Below, piece by piece: positions 1-12,962 of a stretch of 64,000 nucleotides of DNA. The stretch is taken from contig NW_026935559.1 of assembly GCF_032062105.1 (NCBI RefSeq), positions 558,001-622,000 on the forward strand. Direction: 5' to 3'. Both the position numbers and the translations under genes were made by a program. Positions within the stretch are counted from its first letter, which is position 1. Every line of letters begins with the position of its first letter. This DNA is from Saccostrea cucullata (lineage: Eukaryota). The notes beneath the pieces were generated by a model. It had not been told where the DNA came from. It did not search any database and worked only from the letters and a program-made list of their open reading frames with translations.

Positions 1-423
1 GCACTTCTCATAATATTTATAAAATGGAGAAAATACATGTATTCATGTCCTTTTTGCATTTTCATTATTTTAAGGTATTAACATATAATAATCATAAAAG
101 AATGATTCGAGATTTTTAATTATGGTGTTTTCAAGTAAAAGTACTCAACCGTGGGAAAATTTTGATTATTGTCAAACTGATTGCACCTTAAAATTTACAC
201 TGAAACCCATGGACAGAGCATATTGAAAAATGTAATATTGGAACTTCATAAAATCTATTAGTAAAAGTATATGCAAAAAAACTTCTTCATTAAACTATGA
301 AATAACATGAATCAAGGTCCCAAAATTAAAAGAGATATTAAAGTAATATATCAAAATCTTTTGATATAGATAATAAGGAAACTTTTTATACATAATATTG
401 CAAAAATGAAATTTTGCTTTCAG

Positions 424-1281
424 GATACAACACTAAAACTTCTTGTTTCGCGTGTGGTGTTCAAAGAGACAATTGGTCAGAGTGGGACAACGCTTTGGAA
501 GAACATTTTAAAGACAATGCAATGTGTTGGCACGTGTTATTGATGAGAAAAAAGTTTGAGTTGGAAAATCGCGCTCGTGAACCTTCCCATAGTGTTAAAA
601 AATTAATTTCCACTGCTCGACATCCTGAATACGCATCGGAATCATTACGCACAGCTTCTTTTCAAGACTGTAAAACTTCTTTGAAACAAAAGGGTTCAGA
701 ACTTGCAAAATCTGGAATGTACTACAAAGGTTTGAATAATATTTCAATTATCTTAATTTTTATAATGTATCTGAAAACTTTTTTTGTTTGATTATATTTA
801 ACGTTTGAAAAAAAGTTATGATTTACAAGTTCGAATCATTGGTAAATCTTGATAACAGTTCTTCTTTTATAAATTTCTTAACTTTTAAATTGAGGTGATA
901 GCAATTTTTTAACCTTATTATTTTGATTAAATGTTTTATGTTTTCTAAAACGTATGTTGTAATCCTTTAGGTTTTGAAAACAAAGTGCAATGTTTCCATT
1001 GTGGAGTTGTCATGTCCGTGGACATGAATGACGACCCAACAGAAATACACTCACGTTCATCTCCAGATTGTGAGTTTCTTCGTTATGAAGTACAGACATT
1101 GACTGAAGACGCGGATAGAATTAGAAATCAATTACTCTGTAAAGTCTGTCTTAGTTCTCAAGTAATGGTCACATTCCGACCATGTGGTCATCTGGCCACG
1201 TGTCAAGCATGCGCAGATCAATTACAGTCCTGTCCTATTTGTAGGACGACTATTTCTGATAAAGTGAAAACATACTTTTAA
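424..1281 (+). CDS. IAP/BIRC gene 1, 3' part (exons 424-729, 971-1281): end of one BIR, a second BIR and a C-terminal RING; 5' exons lie before the window
   Basis: BIR CFAC-x16-H-x6-C, then YASESLRTASF...GMYYKG|FENKVQCFHC-x15-H-x6-C, then RING CKVC..PCGH..CQAC..CPICR. AG at 422-423, GT at 730-731, AG at 969-970; both introns are phase 1. Confidence 0.92.
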
Positions 1282-3074
1282 TTATTTTAAATTGATTATT
1301 TTTTATTTAGACATTATATTGTGATGGTATATTGTTTTGAGTGGCAGATTTCCAAGGAACAAGGGAATGAATGAAAAATCACATTCTACAGTGAATAAAT
1401 TTCTAGTGTATGTATATTTCCTAACAAAAGGTGTTGTTCTATGTAAAGGCTCTAAATTTACAAGACCGTGTTTCTAAATTTATATTAGTTAAAAATCATA
1501 CTAGTCAATACTTTTTCGTTCCTCATTCTGACATACATACTAGAAATAATACTGAGATGTGAAGATCAAAATTGACTTTGGATTAAAAATTCATATTTGT
1601 AAAAATTCTTTTATACAGCTAAATAACATTCTGGTCAGTTTTATTTCTCAAAAGGTTATTTTAGAAAAAAAAAATACGTAGAAGCAATATTTCATCATTA
1701 TAGAATTAATATTTGATAAATCTATGAAAGAAGATTTCAAATTGTTAGTTTTCAGAAGGCCCACATTCACAAGAATTACTTCCCTTTGGCCGCCATATTG
1801 GAAGTCAACATAATCTTATTCCTTCATTATTATTCCACTAACTTTAACTTTTGAAACTGGCAATTGTTGGGTAGGAAGCATGATTGTTTTTCTGAAAAAG
1901 ATACACTTGTTAGAGCTTCTTATTTAATTATTTTTATTACATAAAGATCCCACCTTATTTCTGCTACACCCTCTCAAATTAGGTAAGACAAATGGGGAAA
2001 ATTTGCTAAGATGGCGGCCAAAGAATATAACTCAGAGAGAAAGTAGGTCGTATGAAAACTCTCTATTAATCCTTTTAATTGAGTATACTTTAATATATCC
2101 TTAGGTAAGATGTCGTAAAAACATTGTGCTAAATTAAACAATATAATTTTTAAAAAATTAAAAACAAAATATCTAACCGAATTCGTTTTCTTGTAATGTA
2201 ATTGATATGCCGAGTCCAAGGCTTCCGAATAGGGGTAAAAAATTACGTATCCGATATCCTATATATTTCTGTACCATGCATACCTTATTACATAATATTG
2301 GAACTTAAGGTGTTATGAGCGTTTGTGTAATTCGTGTTAATTTCTATTACATATTAATGTCTTAAATTGCGTTTGGTATTGTCAATTATAACACATGTTG
2401 AAATGCTTTGGTTGCTTCGTAATTTATTTATTAATAATTGCAAGCATCCTGTTAATCAATAAACCGGATTAAACCTTTCAAGAAGTCCATGCAAACAATA
2501 ATTGTAAATGAAGTGTATCATTGGGTATTATACTTGTTTACGTGTATGCTTCATTCATTATGTTGTTTTCAAAAATTTCCTCCTAATGACTATGTTTTTT
2601 AATGTTAAAATGAATGAAATCGGAAAGAAAGTATCACAAAAGACAAATATTTCCATCAGCTTATTAATCTTAAGAATTAGAATTTGTAAGAATTTTCCTT
2701 TATTTTTGTGGGTAAAATTTTGAACCCCTCCCTATTGACAACTCCTGGGAACCTGACTTGAAAATATAATTCGACATGAAATCAGAAAAGTAGTACTTGA
2801 GCTCAAAATTCAAATAAAATAAAACAAATTTTGAGTAGAGCAGACCTTTAGAAACATCGGATGTGAAATCAAGAGGATTCGACATGATACGCCCACTATG
2901 TACCCGTTGCCTTATTCTTTTAGATTTAGTGGGGAATTCAGTTAAAAAATAGTGGTCTATGCTTTGTATAAAAAATTTCAATCAGCATTCAACTTAATGG
3001 TGGATAGTATTTGCATAAGTATCAGTAAACTGTCTCTATTTAGAAATTATTTAAGTATTGACCATTATCTTGGA

Positions 3075-3395
3075 AACAAAGATACATAGCGGGTTCCAGT
3101 AAATGTTCAACCAAGCCTCTTTCTTTTGTCCTCACTAATATACTTTAAACAGTAGTGAAGGAGAAATTTCAAGAGTACTGTGCAACAATATATTCAGGAC
3201 GTGATGTAAACCAGATTGGATACTAAAAAATTCCGAGGAACTTTTGGACAATTTGAAATCACAAGATTTTACCAAAATAAACAATTTAAAAACTTACGAC
3301 TGCTCAACTTTATTCACAATCATTTGGCACGATAAATAAAAGTCCAGGCTTTTTGACATAATTGACAGCAACTTTTTTCAATAAAAATGGAACTT
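3075..3395 (+). mobile_element. Penelope-like retroelement RT fragment (N-terminal part of RT, decayed)
   Basis: Translates with frameshifts to KQRYIAGSSKCSTKPL...WILKNSEELLDNLK...KTYDCSTLFTI; matches the reverse complement of 23183-23440. Confidence 0.75.
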
Positions 3396-4269
3396 GTAAA
3401 TTGTCATTGATCATTTGCAAAATTATTCTGTTAAAATACATTCTGATTCTATACACAAGTACTCTAAAAATAAAAAAAAAAATGTTCGAGTTTGCAGATT
3501 GTGTCCAAAATCTTATTTATGTTCTCCAGTGTAATTTAACTAATTTTTACAAGTTCACTGAAGCTAGTTTTTTGCACACACTTCTAAATTTATGTAGACC
3601 ATATCACATCCATATTAAAGTAACGCAAACACAAAGTCTGATGGATGAATTTGTCATTTATTATACATGTATAAATGACGACAGATAATGAAAAGATACA
3701 TCAGATAAAGGGGAGATCACTCTTGAAAGAATGTGTAAATTTGTACAAAACATTAGTTGATCTCCCCAGTGTAACATATTACATGAAGAAAATCCAAATA
3801 AACAATCCAGAATGTAAAAAATAACAATCAGCAAAAAAGGTGGCAGACAAAAACTGCCAAAGTACAAGCATGCAATGTTTGTACCCACTGCCACCCAAAG
3901 TGAACTTGTATAACGAGGACATACATTATAACCAGTTTTCCTATTACATGTAAATTAGAAATCACCGAGTAATAATAATTTTGCACATTCAAATCTGACT
4001 ATTTCATGATGTACTTGATCAACTCAGAGGTAGGCACATTTTTTTTTTTCCTTGGTAACAATTGCAACACCAAGGTTACATATATTTGATAATGACCGAT
4101 ATTAACATGTAAGTTAGAATGTAAGTTAAAGGAGTTTGGCTCAAAACATGTCTACAAAATGCAATTAAAAAGACAACCTTTGGTATCGCAATACCCATAC
4201 TTTAAACCTTAGCTATCACCTATTAAACGTAAATGGATAACCACATATGTGTACGATACATGATATTCT

Positions 4270-4497
4270 CCAAACATCAGCAGACAACTTCTGGCCTAAA
4301 GTTGAACTTTACCCAATATACAATTCGTGATAATTTTCAGCAGACAACTTCTGGCCTGGAAGTTGACTTCATCAAACCCACAGTTCATGATAGACCTCAG
4401 CAGACACCTTCTGGCCTGAAGGTTTAACTTCACAAAAACTACACTTTATGATAGATTGATTTTCAGCAGATACCTTCTGGCCTGAAGAGTCAACTCA
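4270..4497. repeat. Four diverged ~60-bp tandem repeats (core CAGCAGACAMCTTCTGGCCT)
   Basis: Core recurs at about 4278, 4338, 4398 and 4464. Confidence 0.85.
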
Positions 4498-4559
4498 ACG
4501 AATTTCTAAAAAATTAAATCCCGCAATGCCTATAAGTAATTGACTTGTCACTTACAAAT

Positions 4560-5890
4560 GAAAGCTTTCTAATTTTATTCTTTTTAATTGCATCCGAATT
4601 CCATCTCCCCATTTTTTGAATAGATTTTTTTTTCTGAAAATCCCAATTTTGCATTATCCTTTGCTGCACCAATTCGAAAGCTATGCCTTTCCTATAGTTT
4701 TTGATTCAGACCAATGACAGATACTGCTTAATTTAGATGTTTATTTACAAATGAATGAGACACTGGTTGACCACAATGAATTGACCACCTAAATTCTTTT
4801 AATAAGAACAGATTATGCTGGATCTGCAAGATTTTTTATTTAGTGTATAAACCCTATTGCACATGTGTGGGATGAAATGCTATTAGTTGAGTATTTGTTG
4901 GCAAATAAATGAGTAATGAAATTGCATAAAACTATAGGTGAAATAGGTATTAGGCAACTGAAACCGCTGACCAGACTTAAAAATCTTCCAGCTTCATTGA
5001 CATTAAGATGCTCTTGTGCTATTTGATAAAGATGCAGTCAAATTGCTTTAAGCCACTGGTGTTTACATTATCAAGAGATGATGTGGTATTGATGCTTGTT
5101 TCTAGAAAAGGTGAAATATTCCCCAAGACTGAAGCAAAATCTACTGACCCAGAGGCATCTGTGAAAAGTGTGAGGTATTGCAAAGATAATCATCGGTAGG
5201 AAAGAAGTATATATTTCCCATTGTAATATTCAATGAAATACTACCAGGTGTCAAGAGCTGCCCTTGCTTCAGTCAAAAGTGAGTTTATTGTAAAGAAATA
5301 GGTTTTTGGTTCCCTCAAGTTAAACTTGATTGATCGCATTCGGAATGCCCTTCCGGGAACTACTTACGTATACAGCACATGCAAATAAAAGACTGCATAC
5401 TTTCTTCATAAACCTAGTATCATTCAAATTTATGTTTACTTTAAGTAATTCAGCCCCAGGCAATCAGTATTCCAAAGCAACAGAGCTATTTTGATAACAT
5501 ACTTACAAATCTACTATGTAGTTGAAGGAAATGTGTTTTTATCATCTTTAATTTGGACACGTACAAACACATTGTTATACCAATGCAATATATTCTTGAA
5601 ATGGTTGTACCAATAAAAAAGAAATTATCTACCAGGTAATATGTGAGATATTCCTCCTGCTAAATAATTTAATGATCTCATCAATTAAACATAGTGCCCT
5701 CAGAGTCCTAGAACACCTGAATTTATGGAAACATTTCTGGGATAAGCCAAGGTAATAGATTATCCTAAATTTCCTGGATCTAATTTTGGAACAACATCTT
5801 ATGTTATGGGGATGACCCGAAAATCATTAAAAGGTTTCTGATTGAAAAAAGGGGCCACCAATCCTACCAAGTGAAGAACTGTGTTCCACG
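4560..5890 (-). mobile_element. Decayed DIRS/Ngaro-type tyrosine-recombinase retrotransposon (RT, RNase H, YR) with internal deletions
   Basis: Minus-strand remnants: RT GRIGGPF..PFNDFRVIPI..VPK.DPG (~5740-5875) and FACAV..VVPGRAF (~5340-5390); RNase H LTLFTDASGS (~5145-5175); YR FITHLFANKYSTNSISSH (~4865-4920) and HSFRIGAA...MGRWNS (~4592-4685). Many stops and frameshifts. Confidence 0.85.
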
Positions 5891-6829
5891 TGTTTTTGTA
5901 TTACCTAGCCATGTAATTTACACATTTTCTTAACCAGTGTAAGATACTATAATTGATGAGGGGCGTCAGTTGGAAATTTCCCTAAGTAGATACAAATGAA
6001 AACTTAAAAGGTATTTGTCTATTGTTTACATTAAAAGAGGGATACTTAAGAATTCTACTGTTCAATAATTGTAACTGAAGTCACTGTCCAAGTGAAGGAA
6101 TTATTTTCATGATTTGGCCAGAAACTTCTTCACCCATATTTACCCAAACCCTTTTATTTTTGACTGAAATTGATGCTCCTAAGGGATGCCATCAGATAAA
6201 GAAATGAGATTGTCCATTTTTTGATATGTTCCCCTGAACATGTACCTTCCAATACACTGGTCACCAATTTCTCCACTGAGGCATCTTGACTTCCTGACAC
6301 AGTGTCCAACCCTTATTGTCCTGCTTGATGACCTTTCAGTATTTTGAGTAGCTATCGGGGTTGTCTGGATAGTGCTCCGAGTAGATGGAGGGGATGCCTG
6401 AATAGTGCTCTGTGTAGGAGGGGTTGCCTAGGGAGTGCTCGGAGATGAAGTTGGCTCAATAGTTCTGCTAGGAATGGTCATCCTGACTCCTTGCTGCTCG
6501 TTGTTGACTGATTTTGTTGTTTTAGTACCTCAGTTTTTCATAGTCAATGTTTTTCACCAGTTTTCGACTTTTTTTGTGTGGATTCCTTCCTGCCATGTAT
6601 CTTTTGACACCATACACCTGCTTCTCTTTGACATATTTCCTGCAAAAAATCTAAAATGTGTCAGAACATAGCAATTGCCAAGTGTTCAAATAAACTTTCT
6701 TAGTTGCAGCAGTTTTAAAAAATTGTCAGAAATAAGTATCAAATATAACAAGCCAAATAAAATGCTTGAATATGTATTGAATGAACTGCTGATATATGAT
6801 TCAAATTTTTATCAACCTGTATTGATTTG

Positions 6830-7505
6830 ATATGTATGACTAACAATGCACCATATATTGCGACTTACAATGCATACCTCATTTGATCATTTTGTATACA
6901 CTATATATGTATGCCTAACAATACACATGCCAGTGTGACCTATAATGCATGCCAAAGATGAAAATTGCATATTAGGCATATGTGTACGTCGACGTAAAAG
7001 AAAAGTCTGACTGACAATACACATTAAACAGAATACAATGCACATATATATATCCTGTATGACATACAATGCACACTGAAGTGAGACTTATAATGCATAC
7101 CCAGATAAGCCTCAACAATGCATACCTTGCATAATATATACATTGAAGTAAAAAGATAATATATGACTGACTATGCACACTAAGGTGACTCACAATGCAT
7201 ATATCATATGTATGACTAATAATGCACACTAAAGTGTGGCTTACAATGCATACCCAGTTATGTTTCAACAATGCATACATGAATTATGCAAATATATATG
7301 TTGAAGTAAAGAGATATGACTGACAATGCATACTAAGGTGACTTACAATGCATATATATCGCATGTATTTCTAAGAATGCTAACTAAAGTGTTACTCATA
7401 ATGCATACCCGGTAATGTTTCAACAATGCATAATATGCATATATATGTTAAAGTAAAGAGATATGACTAAAAATGCACACTAAGGTGACTCCGAATGCAT
7501 ATATC
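6830..7505. repeat. Degenerate minisatellite block of the same family as 8238-8735
   Basis: Repeated TATGACTRACAATGCAC / TGACTTAYAATGCATA motifs with irregular spacing. Confidence 0.8.
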
Positions 7506-8237
7506 ACTTAAAAAACATTGTCGAAAAGCTCTGTTCTTGTCTTTGTTTTACCTCAATCAACAAACAATTGTTATAACCAAATAAGACTTTTCTTGGTATG
7601 AATTATCTAATTACTTGCATCAAGAACTAATAGGGGTAAGCATAAACTAATATTTGAAGATATCCAACATGCCTAAACCAACCGAATTTGATCACATATT
7701 TTGTAAGTTTTTCTTTGGGAAAACTTCCACTACATTTTGAGAAAAAAGACATTATCATATATTTTCAATTAGGACAGGGGCTGAATTTCGACCCCAAATC
7801 AGCCCTACAAAAACAAAATTACTCATATGTATGCAGTCTTCACGAAAACTCACTGGTCCGAAGACCGAGGCCAGTGAATTTTGATGTCGGGTCAGTGAAA
7901 ATCAAAATTCAAGAAGTCCGATGTACTTGTTGATTTTAAAAATCATACACAGTCAATATAAATTTTTACTGAACTTGCATTTTAAAATATCATATGTATG
8001 CATTAACAATGCTAGTAACTATTAACTAGTGCAACTTATAATGCATACCATTTCAAAAGTTTGCGTAAACATGTATTAATTTACAGTTATAAAAATGTAT
8101 TTAGTGCATAAATTTATATTTTTGCACGCTAAAGTGCAAATTATAGTGCATAAATTTATATTTTTGAATTATGCATTAAATAAAAGATTATATAACTTAT
8201 AGTGTACATTCAAGTGACTCACATGCATATCACTTTG

Positions 8238-8735
8238 TATGACTGACAATGCACACTAAAGTGTGACTTATAATGCATACATTATAAACTCGTATGACTA
8301 ACAATGCACACAATAGTGTGGCTTATAATGCATACCTTATGAACTCGTATGACTAACAATGCACACAATAGTGTGACTTATAATGCATACCATATAAACT
8401 CGTATGACTAACATTGCACACTTAATTAAGTGTGACTTATAATGCATACCTTATAAACTTGTATGACTAACAATGCACACAATAGTGTGACTTATAATGC
8501 ATACCATATAAACTCGTATGACTAACAATGCACACTTAAGTGTGACTTATAATGCATAGGCCTACCATATAAAATTGTATGACTAACAATGCACATGACA
8601 GTGTGGCTTATAATGCATACCTTATGAATTCGTATGACTAACAATGCACATAATAGTGTGGCTTATAATGCATACCTTTATATCAACTTGTATGACTAAC
8701 AATGCACATCACAGAGTGACTTACAATGCATACCC
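8238..8735. repeat. 55-bp tandem minisatellite, about 9 copies
   Basis: Unit TATGACTAACAATGCACACAATAGTGTGRCTTATAATGCATACCTTATRAACTCG; starts at 8293, 8348, 8403 and so on. Confidence 0.95.
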
Positions 8736-9892
8736 TTAACTCACCAATTTGCACAAACAAATGGGAAATCATCAATTACAAAAAGCTAAATTATCTCTGC
8801 ACCCCTACAATGCAGAGCATACCACATGTAGTAAGAAGATAAAGAGCATACTAAGACATAACATGAACAAAGTGTGCATGTCATTTCATAAGTAAATAAC
8901 TTTCCCTTATACCTATATTAAAAGCTTTCCATGATATAATGACATTTTGTCAATTAAAAAATGAAATTAAAAGTAAATGTCACTTGACTTGTAGACTATA
9001 TATAGATCTATCATAAATTTATTATATTACTGATTTGGAGTTCTACACTGTGACACCAAAACAATATCATCATGGATTATAGGTACTGGAAGAATTATTT
9101 ATTATTATAGTTAATTATTGCTTCCATTGAATATGAATTACATGGAATATTTATGAATTACTAGCCTTGTCAATGGCATGGCATAATACTGCACTCCTCA
9201 AATACTCTCTAATTGGAGCTGATCTATGGTTATTACAGGCAATGTGCAAACCATCCGGCTTTAGGTATGACAGGTCCCTCCAAAAATTAATGACAATTAA
9301 GAGAGATTGCCCAAGGTTGTCTTCGCAGCAGTAATTCTATGATGACACGCCGAATTCCGACTCCCAAATGTGATAACGAGCTATCGACAGAATACATCGG
9401 GCACTCTGAGGCAGACACGCGGTGGGGGCTCTGCTAATGTAATTCAAACCCACGCACTGCACAAGTATTAGTTTTCGTGTCATATATGCATATTAGACCT
9501 CCTTTAAACCCAATGTCCAAAATGAAAATTTTACAATCCAGATTTGATTTGCACACATCACAATTAGCATTCATAAAGTTCCAAGAACACTCAATGCCTA
9601 TAGAATATACATGTACGAATGTCCCAGATGGCGCACACTCATTATCTCCTTTGCATTCGTCCTACGAGAGGGAACTTCAGTCGCTTCCTAGGCATTGATG
9701 GATATACGTATGATTTGACAAATAACCAACTGTTCACAAATACTTCTGTATCACACTTCTATTTTTCAAATAAAAAATCGATCGCAAACAAGAGTTTCAG
9801 TTTGTAAAACTCCAACACTTGGAAAACCCTAGTTAGAATAATCTAACTGTGTCTCGGTACAGGCCCTCACCACAGTTAGAATACGTCCCATA

Positions 9893-10188
9893 TACTTGTA
9901 ATGTAGCAAATCGGAGCGGATCCGCTCCGAAACGATTTTGAAGAGTATAAAATGATTTGCACTGGGATTAACTACTAAAATAATCAAAACAAACCTTCTT
10001 GAGATTGCTTATGCCTTTTATCCCAAAAAATAATCCATATAAATACGAAAATCCAATTAATTTTCTCAACGTTTTTCTCGAGATTCAAATTACCTGCGAT
10101 GTTTACATTCGGAACTCTCTAGATTGTTCCTAGTAAATGCACTATGCGAGTTATCGCCCGTGTTTCTTTCTGCTACATTACGAATACA
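9893..10188. mobile_element. Small TIR-bounded non-autonomous element (MITE-like) with an internal hairpin
   Basis: TACTTGTAATGTAGCA ... TGCTACATTACGAATA inverted ends; internal palindrome TCGGAGCGGATCCGCTCCGA at ~9911-9930. Confidence 0.45.
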
Positions 10189-10227
10189 TGAAACGAATTC
10201 TATCGTTAAACCGGGTCCGTAGGACAA

Positions 10228-10258
<31 letters not shown>

Positions 10259-10501
10259 GAAAACCCTTCTAACTGCGATCGAATCAAAACAAGAAGTGAC
10301 GTAGAATCTACATTTAGTGTCTCTTCTGATTGGTCGGTAAAATTACCCCCTATCGATCGCTCTAATATTGACACAAAATTGAAACACGGATAAAAACGGA
10401 TTGATTAACAAGCTAAAAGTACAAACTCAAAACTTCATTACATGAGTACATAAAAATCATTACATGAGTACATAAATGCTATTATTTACAATAATGCAGT
10501 T

Positions 10502-11265
10502 GCATGAAAAAAGAAGAAAACACCTGTTGTGGCCTTAAGCTCAACACTTTTATAAATATATCGACGACGTATTGTCAATTAACAATAGTAATTTCCATTC
10601 TTATATCGATACGATATATCCTGGTGAGCTTGAAATATAAGATACCACCGAGTCTGACACATCTGTTTCATACTTGGACATTTTAATTGAAAAAGACGTT
10701 AATAGTAATCTAACAACCAAAATCTATGATAAACATGATGACTTTAACTTTTCAATCGTCAACTTCCCTTACCTTTGCAGCAATATAAATGTACCTTCAA
10801 CAACCTACATACGGAGTTTATATATCTCAGTTGATTTGATGCGCAAGAGCATGCTCTAGGTATTAAGCATTTCTAAAACGAGGTACATTATTGACAAACA
10901 GTTGATGAAACAAGAATATCAGCAGTCTCGTTTAAAGTCATCATTTTGTAAGTTCTATGGTCGTTACAATGACCTTGTCAGCAAATACATTTTATCAGTG
11001 AGTCAAATGCCGACTGGCGTTTTTCATACTAATTGTTAGTCCATTATTCATACCCTGAATTGACGACGGAATTATCCATTATTTCCCGATCATGAAAAGG
11101 AGCACACAGCGGATGTGACCGATCGGCAAGGGATGCTCACTCTTACATGGCCTCTGATCCCACCTCTGATGTTTTGAAGGTCCCTGTTTGATCTGCTCCT
11201 GTTTTGTATTGTTTTATGGATATTTTTTTACTTTGAATACTGCTCATTATCTCCATACGCTACAT
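10502..11265 (+). mobile_element. 5'-truncated Penelope-like element: RT C-terminal half plus conserved 3' end
   Basis: YIDDVL catalytic motif (~10556-10573), SYLDILI...IYDKHDDFNFSIVNFPYLCSN, RLKSSFCKFYGRYNDLVSKY, then the GGGATGCTCACTC..CTGATCCCACCTCTG tail. Confidence 0.88.
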
Positions 11266-11494
11266 TGTCTATCAAATAAATTGGCACATATATATATTAT
11301 ATGTTAACTTAGTGATAAAGGTTTATTGTAACATATATGAGGGAAGTTGGCAAGAGAACTAAGTCATCAATCTATTACAAAGTTCATTTTTTTTTCAATG
11401 TTTTTCTGTCGTAAATAAAAAAATATGTGTCTGACTCTGTGGCGGCTTTAATGACAAGTTCAACGGGATATATCTAATCAACTTATGAAAAAGG

Positions 11495-12030
11495 ATGAAT
11501 GAAGGATATGGATATAACAAACAGTATTCAATATCAAAGTCCATAAAACAAAACAAAAAAGGAGCAAAGCAAACACAGACCTCTAAAACATCAGCGGTGG
11601 GATCAGGTGCCATGTAGGAGTGAGCATCCCCTGCCGATCGGTCACACCCGCCGTGTCCTCCTTGCCATGATCGGGAAATAACGGAAACATCCGTCAATTC
11701 AGTGCATAAATAATGAACTAACAATTAGTATGAAAAACGCCAGTCGGCATTTGACTCAATGATAATTTGTATTTGCTGACAAGGTCATTATAACGACCAA
11801 AGAACTTACGAAATGAAGACTTTAAACGAGGCTGCTGATATTCTTGATTCATCAACTTGCTTGTCAATAATTTCCCTCGTTTTAGAAATTGTTCATACGT
11901 AGAGCATGCTAATGCGTATCGAATCAGCTGAGATATATAAACTCTGTATGCAGGTGATGAAGGTATATAGCTGCATAAGTAAGAAAAGTTGACGATAGAA
12001 AAGTTAAAGTCATCACGTTTATCATAGATC
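11495..12030 (-). mobile_element. 5'-truncated Penelope-like element copy, inverted relative to 10502-11265
   Basis: Reverse complement of the same RT end and 3' tail. Confidence 0.88.
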
Positions 12031-12454
12031 TAATTGATAAACTCATTATATGATTAACACCTTTGTTTTATCTAAGTGTCAACTTGGGGGAAAAATGAAT
12101 TTTTTGATATCAAAGTAAAACAAAAAACAGTCTCCTTCAAGAAGAACACACATCAGTTCGACTTATTATGGTACACATTTAAGACCTATGTTTGAAAAGT
12201 CCAGACTCATAATATTGGTAAAAAAACCCACCAAATTTGTTTTGCCAATTATAAATTGACTTACTATATCATATGAATACTGGCATCTCGTATTAAATTA
12301 TAGCCTATCAAAGACACTTCATTACTTATCAAATAAATATTTTCAGATATACCTTAATTCCATGTAGCCCTTTTAACGAGGTATAAAAGACTGTTTTCAA
12401 TTTAGATATTTTCCCACAAAATATCAAAATAATAAGAAACTAAAAAAAAACCCA

Positions 12455-12962
12455 TTATCACACGTCAAACTTTTCTATCGTCAATTTAACCCGTTTTATG
12501 GACATTTCTATTTGACCTGCACATAAAGTTTATATATAATAATGATGTTCCAGTTGAGCTGATAAGCAAGGCATGGTTTATATACGATCAATTTCTAAAA
12601 CAGAACAATCTTCTGACAAATAAATTGATGATATAAGGATATCAACAATCAAATAAAGTAAAATTTTACAAATTGTATGAACGATACGGCAAACTTGTTA
12701 GCAAATGCTATCTATCAATTAGTTGAACGTTGACAGAGCCTTTCATACACTGAATTGAAGACGGATTTTTCCCGTTATTTCCTGATCATGACAAGGAGCA
12801 CACGGCGGGTGTGACCGGTCGGCAGGGGATGCTCACTCCTCCATGGCACCTGATCCCACCTCTGATGTTTCGGAGGTCCGTGTTTGCTCTGCTCCTATTT
12901 TGTATTGTTTTATGGACTTCGAGATTGAATACTGTTCGTTATCTCCATATCCTTCTTTCATC
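12455..12962 (+). mobile_element. Penelope-like element 3' fragment
   Basis: Degenerate RT end followed by a well-preserved tail at 12790-12960. Confidence 0.8.

Noticed and set aside
3640-4210. SGNH-hydrolase ORF of an Ngaro element downstream of YR
   Set aside because: Only faint hints on the minus strand (KVWVL, LGGSGYKH); no catalytic motif could be read.
8238-8735. CRISPR-like regular repeat array
   Set aside because: There are no unique spacers, whole units are repeated, and the context is eukaryotic with no cas genes; it is a minisatellite.
12795-12870. Hammerhead ribozyme or SECIS in the Penelope-like tail
   Set aside because: I could not find the CUGANGA...GAAA core or an AUGA/GA quartet with the right stems.
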